Source of the DNA: Candidatus Dormibacteria bacterium
Lineage (GTDB): Bacteria > Chloroflexota > Dormibacteria > DASZGP01
Reading direction: 5' to 3'
NCBI GenBank assembly: GCA_050998755.1
Contig: JBPCPW010000085.1
Coordinates: 19,672-83,671 of the forward strand
DNA length: 64,000 bases
The notes below the pieces were generated by a model. It was given only the letters and a program-made list of their open reading frames with translations. It was not told the origin of the DNA and did no database searches. Of this stretch, positions 57,667 through 64,000 are shown one piece after another. Position 1 is the stretch's first letter. Each line of letters opens with the position of its first letter. A program made the position numbers and the translations under genes.

Positions 57667-58349
57667 GGCCGGGATGTGTCCAGCCGGTACCCGGCTCCCC
57701 TCACGGTGATGATGGGGTCAGGACTCCCTGCCGCGACCAGCTTGCGCCGCACCCGGCCGACGAATACCTCGACCAGGTTGGACTCGCTTGCCCAGTCGTC
57801 GGCGTCCCGCCAGGCGTGGCGCAGCAGCTGGTCGCGGCTGAGCACCTGACCGGGGTGGAGAAGGAAGCACTCCAGCACTGAGATCTCCTTGGCGGTCATC
57901 GGTACAGCGCGGTCGTCAACCCAGGCGGTCCGCCCCGAGGTGTCCAGACTCACGCGGCCCGCGCGCAGGACCGCGCTTCGCTCCGGGAGGTGACGGCGGG
58001 TGAGTGCACGGATCCTGGCCACCAATTCGTCGAAGGCGAACGGCTTGAGCAGGTAGTCATCCGCTCCGGACTCCAGCCCGCGGACTCTATCCTCGACCGC
58101 GTCCCGCCCGGTGAGCATCAGGACCGGGGTGGCGACGCGTCCGGCTCGCAGCCGGGCTGCAACCTGGAAGCCGTCAAGCTCACCCGGCAGCATGATGTCG
58201 AGAACGATCGCGTCGAAGCCCCCCGACCACGCGGCGGCCACCGCCTCGTGGCCGTCCGCCGCGTGAACTGCCACGAACCCAGACTCCGAGAGCCCGCGCA
58301 CCAGGGCGGCGGCCAGCCGCCGGTCGTCCTCAACGACAAGGACACGCAT
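57663..58349 (-). CDS. OmpR/PhoB family response regulator
   Basis: MRVLVVEDD with a D-containing receiver (DAIVLDIMLP) and a winged-helix C-terminus (LSRDQLLRHAW...VEVFVGRVRRKL). Confidence 0.95.
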   Translation of the reverse strand: MRVLVVEDDRRLAAALVRGLSESGFVAVHAADGHEAVAAAWSGGFDAIVLDIMLPGELDGFQVAARLRAGRVATPVLMLTGRDAVEDRVRGLESGADDYLLKPFAFDELVARIRALTRRHLPERSAVLRAGRVSLDTSGRTAWVDDRAVPMTAKEISVLECFLLHPGQVLSRDQLLRHAWRDADDWASESNLVEVFVGRVRRKLVAAGSPDPIITVRGAGYRLDTSRP

Positions 58350-58392
58350 CGCGCTAGCCTACTGCCCGAGGGCGCCCGCACAGCCTGATGTC

Positions 58393-58409
58393 GTTGCAAG
58401 GCTGTTGCA
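58393..58409. promoter_or_regulatory. Direct repeat GTTGCA-N5-GTTGCA (11-bp periodicity), candidate OmpR-family binding site
   Basis: Read directly in the 117-nt divergent intergenic region between the response regulator and the second pseudopilin operon. Confidence 0.3.
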
Positions 58410-58466
58410 CGCCTGGGCGCACACTTTCAGGAACGGTACATAATCCGGTGCGATGGTTGGATCCTG

Positions 58467-59450
58467 ATGAAGGGAAGCCTGCGCGATGTCCTGCGCGTCG
58501 CCAATCCGCTGAGCTGGCGCCGTCTGACCCTGGCGACCCTGGTGTGGACGGCCGGCGGCCTTGGCCTCTGCGCCCTGCGCTTCGCCACCGTTCTCCAGGG
58601 TGCGGTCTGCTCAGATGCCGGCGGAACGGCGTCCTTTTGCCGTTACCAGGCGATCAACACCGCGCGCGATCTGACGATCGGCCCACTGGCGGTGATCGTC
58701 GTCGGCGCCCTGGCGCTGGGACTGGCTTGGCTGCTCACGATGTCCGACCGCCCGCCGTGCCCCGAGTGCGGATCGGCCGCCAGGGACCAGCGGGGCGGCT
58801 GCCGGCGCTGCGGCTTCGACCCCTTCGCTTCGCCCCCCGTAGGCGCCACCGGCCTCACCGGAAGCCGGTCCCGCGGACAATCGATGGTGGAGTTCGCCCT
58901 CGTTCTCCCGCTGTTCTTCTTCATCCTGTTTGGGATCATCGAATTCTCGGTGCTCCTGTTCGACGTGACCACGACGCGCTTCGCGGCGGGCGAGGGAGCC
59001 CGCGTGGAGGCTCAGGCGGGTGACGTGTCGGTAAAATGCGCCACCCTGACCGGTTGCGGGGCGCTCAACAACACCAACTTCACGCCCAATTGCGACGCCG
59101 ACTGTCAGGCGCTGGTGGCGATCCGCGCAACGGCGCTGGGCGGAGACAAGCTGGAGGCCGTCAACTACGTGGACATCCAGCACATGCAGGTCAGCGGCAA
59201 CTCCTTCAAAGTTTTTGATGCGGTCTCGTGCCAGCGTTACAACCTGGACGGCAGCCTCTACAGTGGCTCGGCGGGAGGCTGCTCCGGCTATCCGGCCTCC
59301 GGGCGCAACGTGACCACCGGCCAGATGGACTACATCCAGGTGAATATCAACTTCACCTACAAATGGCTGACCGGGATGTTCTCCAGCATCGCGGCGTCGC
59401 CCACCTTGGACTCCAAGTTCATCGTTCGGCTGGAGCCCCAGAAGTTCTGA
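58467..59450 (+). CDS. TadE-like pseudopilin with an unusually long N-terminal extension (two TM helices plus CxxC-x10-CxxC zinc ribbon)
   Basis: The TadE motif SRGQSMVEFALVLPLFFFILFGIIEF begins at residue 136. The same frame is open upstream to ATG 58467. An alternative start is ATG 58740. Confidence 0.65.
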   Translation: MKGSLRDVLRVANPLSWRRLTLATLVWTAGGLGLCALRFATVLQGAVCSDAGGTASFCRYQAINTARDLTIGPLAVIVVGALALGLAWLLTMSDRPPCPECGSAARDQRGGCRRCGFDPFASPPVGATGLTGSRSRGQSMVEFALVLPLFFFILFGIIEFSVLLFDVTTTRFAAGEGARVEAQAGDVSVKCATLTGCGALNNTNFTPNCDADCQALVAIRATALGGDKLEAVNYVDIQHMQVSGNSFKVFDAVSCQRYNLDGSLYSGSAGGCSGYPASGRNVTTGQMDYIQVNINFTYKWLTGMFSSIAASPTLDSKFIVRLEPQKF

Positions 59451-60100
59451 TGCGGTCTCTGCTTCGGGCGCTGACGGGATCGACACGGCGGCGCCGCGGC
59501 GCCGGCCAGGCGATCACCGAGCTGGCCCTGATCACCCCACTCTGCCTTCTGCTGATCCTCGGCGGCTACGACGTGTCGCTGATGGGCACCGACACCGCCC
59601 TTACGGTGGCCGCCGTGCGGCACGGCGCCCGCCTGGCCTCGGAGCTGGGCGGCACCAACACCGACCAGATCAGTTGCACAGGGACCCTGGCCGCCGGCAC
59701 CAGTCTCGCCAGCATCGACCGCCCGATCGTGCAGACCGTGCTGGCGGTGACCACGAACGCCTCCTACATGGGAGGCAACGGGGCGGGCTACGCCCCCGCC
59801 GGTCTGCCGGAGGAGATCGACATCTACCGTCCCTCTCAGACCGATGGGACCATCGACACCGCCAACGACCACTACGACGAGTACGTGTACACCGATAACT
59901 TTAAGAACCGCAAGATCGGCCCGCCCCCTTACCTGCTCAGCCAGCGCTGCCAGGGCCCGTTGCCCCACGAGACGGATATTGGGGTGCGGATGATCTGGTA
60001 CTACCGGCCCGCAAACGGCATCCCCGGTCCCAGCTTCAAGATGATCGAGTACGCCGTCGAGAAAATCGCCCTCTGCAGCGACAACTGCACCCCTGGATAG
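59450..60100 (+). CDS. TadE-like pseudopilin
   Basis: RRRRGAGQAITELALITPLCLLLILGGYDV. The ATG overlaps the upstream stop by 1 nt (TGATG). Confidence 0.7.
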   Translation: MRSLLRALTGSTRRRRGAGQAITELALITPLCLLLILGGYDVSLMGTDTALTVAAVRHGARLASELGGTNTDQISCTGTLAAGTSLASIDRPIVQTVLAVTTNASYMGGNGAGYAPAGLPEEIDIYRPSQTDGTIDTANDHYDEYVYTDNFKNRKIGPPPYLLSQRCQGPLPHETDIGVRMIWYYRPANGIPGPSFKMIEYAVEKIALCSDNCTPG

Positions 60101-60109
60101 GAGACGTTT

Positions 60110-62083
60110 TTGAGAATCAGCAGCTTCCGCAGGATTGCAGTCCCCGCCCAGGGCCAGCGCGGCCAGGGCCTGGTGATCTTCGCCCTGGCCTTTGTCTTCC
60201 TGATCGGCATTGTGGGCCTGGCCACCGATGGGGCCTTTGCCTACTTCCGCAGCGTCTCGGTGGAACGCGCGGCCTCCGCCGCGGCACTCGCCGGGGTGCC
60301 GTACATGCCCCTGCAGTTCAAGGCGCCCCCCAGCGGCAACGCCTGGGACCGCGCCCGGGCTGAGGCCGCGTCCAACGGCTTTGCCGACGGGGTCGGCGGG
60401 GTCACCGTGACGCCGTTCCCGACCGGCAGCGACCGCGAGCTGGGGGTCACCGTCACCGCGCCCTCCGCCACCTTCTTCATGAACGCCCTCGGCTTCCGCA
60501 CCTTCAACGTCAGCCGCACCGCGGTGGCCGGCTACAAGCCGCCCATCGCGCTGGGTCAGCCCGGCGCGCAAACCGGCTCCGAGGTCTCCAAGCTGGGCAG
60601 CGGCACGTCCTTCTACTTCCCGCGCTACAAGGGATGGAACAACCTGCGCTCCGAGGGCGACGCCTTCACCCCCAACCCCCTGGACAACGGCAGCGCGGGG
60701 GCCGGCACCTCCGCGGACGTGCACCAGTTCAGCAAGATCAACGGCATCGAGTCCTCCCAGGTGGACTGCATGGGCGGCAGCTCGTACGCACTGCCGTGCC
60801 GCGGAGGCTACAACTGGCGCGTCGTGGTCCCGGACAACGTGAACGCGGAGGTCGATGTGTACAACGCCGCCTACGCCCCGGACTTCGGCAACAAAAAGAA
60901 CACCTGCGAGAACAGTAAGAACCTTCCGAGCTGCAACGCCAGCGGGTATCACTACCATGAGGACGACGTCGGTGGCGGTAACCATTGCGCCCCGACCTGT
61001 TCTGCCGCCCAGAAGGCCGCCTACAACGCGACCGGCTACACCCTGTTCCAGGTGCCGGACCTCTTCCTGCGGGCCCAGGACAAGGTGCTCACCCAGACCA
61101 AGGTATTGCCCATCGACGCCACGAACTGGGATGGCGCGGGCGGGGGCACGGGCGGCGGCTCGAGTGCCACTCCCAGCTACGTGAACGTCAACACCGGCGC
61201 GGTCATCACCCAGAACTACACAGGTGTGCTCGGCGGTTCCCCCCCGTGCAACATGAACATCTATCACTCCTGGATCGACATCGCCAACTACGACGGATCG
61301 GGCACCGGCTGCCTCAGTGGCGACGGAGGGCTGGTCAGCCGGCAGACCAACTGCCTGACCCCGTGCACCTCCAACAACAACCTTGTCCCCGTCCCGGGCA
61401 CCTTGGGTGGTGGAACCTACCGGCTGCGCGTCGACGCCCTGAACTCTGATGGCACCTTCACCCCCAACCTGACCGGCGCGGAGATCGGGGGCAACGCCAG
61501 CAAGGGCTACTCGGTGCGGGTGGTCGATCCGATCACCAAGTTGCCGTGCGCCGGCTGCACCATCGCCGCCTGGCAGGACATCTGTGTATACACCCCGCTG
61601 AACGCAGGTACCGGTACGGTGCCGCTGTTCGAGCTGACCTCCGACTACGCCGGCGCGACCATCGATGTCGACGTGTTTGACATCGGCGACTCCGGAGGCG
61701 ACGTGGCGCTCTCGATTCTCGACCCATCGGGGAACCCGGCTGCGCTGGGGGCCACCGGCAGCATCAGCAATAGCGGCATCAGCCGGCTGGTGCCGGGCAC
61801 CCAGCACATTCCCCCCCAGTCACCCGCGCCCCTGCCGCTGGGGTCCATCACCCCGCTGGTGACCACTCCCCCCGAGGCCACCTACTCCGCGGCCACCTCC
61901 GCCTACGGACCCGAGTACCAGGGAAGCTGGATCCGGCTCACCATCCCCATTCCCGCCGGCTACTCCCCCGGCGCCTACCCCGCCGACTTCTGGAGCCTGC
62001 GCTACGTCAACACCGGCGGTGCCAATGACACCTTCACCTTCACCGTCACCGCCCGTGGCGGCCCGGTCCACCTGAGGAACTGA
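60110..62083 (+). CDS. TadG-like pilus-associated protein (657 aa)
   Basis: GQRGQGLVIFALAFVFLIGIVGLATDGAFAYFRSVSVERAASAAALAGV fits the TadG N-terminal domain. Start is TTG. The C-terminal region is large and Gly/Asn/Thr-rich. Confidence 0.7.
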   Translation: MRISSFRRIAVPAQGQRGQGLVIFALAFVFLIGIVGLATDGAFAYFRSVSVERAASAAALAGVPYMPLQFKAPPSGNAWDRARAEAASNGFADGVGGVTVTPFPTGSDRELGVTVTAPSATFFMNALGFRTFNVSRTAVAGYKPPIALGQPGAQTGSEVSKLGSGTSFYFPRYKGWNNLRSEGDAFTPNPLDNGSAGAGTSADVHQFSKINGIESSQVDCMGGSSYALPCRGGYNWRVVVPDNVNAEVDVYNAAYAPDFGNKKNTCENSKNLPSCNASGYHYHEDDVGGGNHCAPTCSAAQKAAYNATGYTLFQVPDLFLRAQDKVLTQTKVLPIDATNWDGAGGGTGGGSSATPSYVNVNTGAVITQNYTGVLGGSPPCNMNIYHSWIDIANYDGSGTGCLSGDGGLVSRQTNCLTPCTSNNNLVPVPGTLGGGTYRLRVDALNSDGTFTPNLTGAEIGGNASKGYSVRVVDPITKLPCAGCTIAAWQDICVYTPLNAGTGTVPLFELTSDYAGATIDVDVFDIGDSGGDVALSILDPSGNPAALGATGSISNSGISRLVPGTQHIPPQSPAPLPLGSITPLVTTPPEATYSAATSAYGPEYQGSWIRLTIPIPAGYSPGAYPADFWSLRYVNTGGANDTFTFTVTARGGPVHLRN

Positions 62084-62129
62084 CCGGCGGCCGGAGCCCT
62101 GTCGCTCCGGCACTCCATAATTAGCGGCC

Positions 62130-63272
62130 GTGATCGACCCGCTGGAACATATACGCGAGCTATCCCAGGTGATCGGGCCGCGGCCCTCCACCGGGGAGGG
62201 CGAGCGCCTGGCGGCCGGGTACGTCACCGAACAGCTTGAGAAGTTTGGCTACCTCGTGAAGCAGGAGCCGTTCCGATCGCCCAACTCGTTCAGCCAGGTC
62301 TACATCCCGATCTATCTGTTGGCGCTGATGGGCTTTGTCGCCGATGCCCTGGGGAGCCTGGCGTTTGCCCTCCTGCTCACGGGGGTGGCGTTCGTCTGCT
62401 TCGTCGGTGAGAACACCACCTCCCTGAAGCTGATCTCGGCGGTGATCCCCAAGGCCAAGAGCCTGAACGTCGTCGCCCGGCTTGCGCCCCGTGAACTGCC
62501 GCGGCGCCGCCTGGTGCTGGTGGCTCACCTGGACTCCACCCGCTCCGGCCTGATGTGGCACCCCCGGCTGGTCAAGAGCTTCCGCGCGACTTTCCTGATC
62601 CTCGCCGTCTGCCTGGCCGTCCTGCCGGTGCTGATCGTCCTCGAAGTCGCGACAGGCAAGCGCTTCTTCTTTCCCCTGGCCATCCCCTTCACCGTCTACG
62701 TGGCGTACGCGCTGTTCCTGTTGATCCACCGCGAGGCCTTCTACCGCCATGTTGACGGCGCCAACGACAACGCCAGTGGTGTCGGGGTGATGCTGACGCT
62801 GGCCGAGGTCATGGCCCTTGATGCCCCCGCGGAGACCGAGGTGCTGATCGTGGCCACGGGGTGCGAGGAGGCTGGGCTCGTCGGTATGCAGAGCTTTCTG
62901 CGCCGCCACAAGGAGGAGCTGGCTCGATCCTGGATCATCAACATCGATAACGTCGGTGCCGGTGAGGTCAGCTACACCACCAAGGAGGGGATGTTGCTGC
63001 CGCACAAGACCGGACGCGAGCTGAACGAGACCGCGGCCAAGGTTGCCGCGCTCCCCGGCATCAATGTCAACGCGGCGGCATTCCGAACCATGAGTAACGA
63101 CACCGAGCCGGCGCTGCTGCGGGGGCTTGAGGCGATCACCGTGATCGCCACCACGGACGGGGTGCCGGTCAACTGGCACTGGAAGACCGACACCTTTGAC
63201 AACATCGACCCCGACAGCGTGGACATGGCCTACCGCTTCGTGGAGCAGATGGTCCGCCGCCTGCTGGCGTAG
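62130..63272 (+). CDS. M28 family metallopeptidase with TM helices inserted into the catalytic domain
   Basis: Motifs LVLVAHLDS, GANDNASGV and CEEAGLVG. Hydrophobic helices lie both before the HxD motif and between HxD and DNASG. Confidence 0.82.
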   Translation: MIDPLEHIRELSQVIGPRPSTGEGERLAAGYVTEQLEKFGYLVKQEPFRSPNSFSQVYIPIYLLALMGFVADALGSLAFALLLTGVAFVCFVGENTTSLKLISAVIPKAKSLNVVARLAPRELPRRRLVLVAHLDSTRSGLMWHPRLVKSFRATFLILAVCLAVLPVLIVLEVATGKRFFFPLAIPFTVYVAYALFLLIHREAFYRHVDGANDNASGVGVMLTLAEVMALDAPAETEVLIVATGCEEAGLVGMQSFLRRHKEELARSWIINIDNVGAGEVSYTTKEGMLLPHKTGRELNETAAKVAALPGINVNAAAFRTMSNDTEPALLRGLEAITVIATTDGVPVNWHWKTDTFDNIDPDSVDMAYRFVEQMVRRLLA

Positions 63273-64000
63273 TTGGAGGGCACGGGCGGACTCCGCCGCG
63301 GCCTCGGCCTGCGGACCACGGTCGCCACCAGCACGGGCCTGGCCTTCTCAGCCTTCAACTTTCTCGGCGCGGTCACCGTCGCTCTCTTCGTCGCCGGGAA
63401 CGCAGCCTGGCTCGCCATCCTCATCGCGGGCCTCCTGGCCCTGCTGGCGGCCTCGGCCTTCGGCGAGCTCAACAGCCTCTATCCCAGCGCCGCCGCCATA
63501 CGCGTGTACATGAAGCACTCGATGGACGACCGGGTCGCCCTGACCATCGCCTTGACCTACATGCTGACCATCGTCCTGGTCATCGCGGCCGATGCGTTCA
63601 TCATCGGGCGGGCGCTGCAGTACGTCCTGTTCCCGGACCAGGTGCTGCTGTCGTTCCCGATCATCGCGGTGCTGATCCTGCTTGCGGTTATCGCCAACCT
63701 GCGCGGTGTTCGCATCGCCGGCCGGGTCGAGGAGATAGCGACCTTCATCACCTTGGCGGTGACCACCATCGTCTCGGTATGGGCGCTCTCGATCCACGGC
63801 TTCGCCCTCAAGTTGCCGGTGAGCGGGCTTTTCTCGGGTCACAACGCCAACCCTCTGGCGGCGGTGGTTGCCGGGGTCTTCCTCTTCTCCGCGTTCGAAT
63901 GGGTGACGACCACAGCGGAGGAGGTCCGCTCACCCAGGCTGATCCCGCAGTCGATGCTGATCGCCCTGGTCCTTTTGTATATTGCCACCGCCGCATTCGC
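63273..64000 (+). CDS. APC family amino acid permease, N-terminal part (runs off the window)
   Basis: My own translation of frame 3 from TTG 63273 reads LRTTVATSTGLAFSAFNFLG...AFGELNSLYPSAAAIRVY...ANLRGVRIAG...FSAFEWVTTTAEEV. It has no stop before nt 64000 and is not in the supplied ORF track because it is open-ended. Confidence 0.85.
   Translation, partial: MEGTGGLRRGLGLRTTVATSTGLAFSAFNFLGAVTVALFVAGNAAWLAILIAGLLALLAASAFGELNSLYPSAAAIRVYMKHSMDDRVALTIALTYMLTIVLVIAADAFIIGRALQYVLFPDQVLLSFPIIAVLILLAVIANLRGVRIAGRVEEIATFITLAVTTIVSVWALSIHGFALKLPVSGLFSGHNANPLAAVVAGVFLFSAFEWVTTTAEEVRSPRLIPQSMLIALVLLYIATAAF

Noticed and set aside
59357-61807. 816-aa ORF on the minus strand, the longest in this region
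   Set aside because: It is antisense to the TadE/TadG genes, which have clear family motifs and coupled starts. Its product is Arg/Gly/Ala/Val/Asp-rich with no motif, as expected for stop-free antisense frames in high-G+C DNA.
62160-63179. 339-aa minus-strand ORF
   Set aside because: It is antisense to the M28 peptidase, which has HxD, DNASG and EE motifs.

Overview
High-G+C bacterial chromosomal segment (roughly two-thirds G+C by eye, not computed). It is densely coded with about 60 CDS. I found no rRNA, tRNA, CRISPR array, transposase or integrase. Housekeeping anchors are enolase, a stand-alone groEL with a CIRCE operator and an intrinsic terminator, and an acyl-CoA carboxylase set. Three regions stand out. 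(1) 7.6-25.5 kb is a single-strand supercluster: a monoderm-type Tad/Flp pilus locus (tadA/cpaF, tadB, tadC, flp, two TadE-like, one giant TadG-like) interleaved with three membrane Ser/Thr kinases, a TadZ/CpaE-like protein lacking both Walker-A lysines, a beta-helix surface protein and an FHA-zinc-finger protein. A fourth kinase lies at 26.7 kb. A second pseudopilin operon (TadE, TadE, TadG) lies at 58.5-62.1 kb, divergent from an OmpR/HK two-component pair. (2) 31.1-37.3 kb is a translationally coupled three-gene module: a large surface protein, a polytopic membrane protein with a Pro/Ala linker and a C-terminal His-Gly...Ser-Cys domain, and a small orphan protein. The layout resembles a polymorphic toxin with its immunity gene. 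(3) 47-54.8 kb is a carboxylase/BKACE metabolic cluster with split biotin carboxylase and BCCP genes. Two lower-G+C PIN toxin-antitoxin modules interrupt it, and one coincides with a truncated enoyl-CoA hydratase gene. Start/stop codon overlaps (ATGA, GTGA, TTGA, TGATG) recur at 16 junctions. All calls rest on reading the translated ORFs and the nucleotide sequence; no database search was run. The many long antisense ORFs are treated as high-G+C artefacts.
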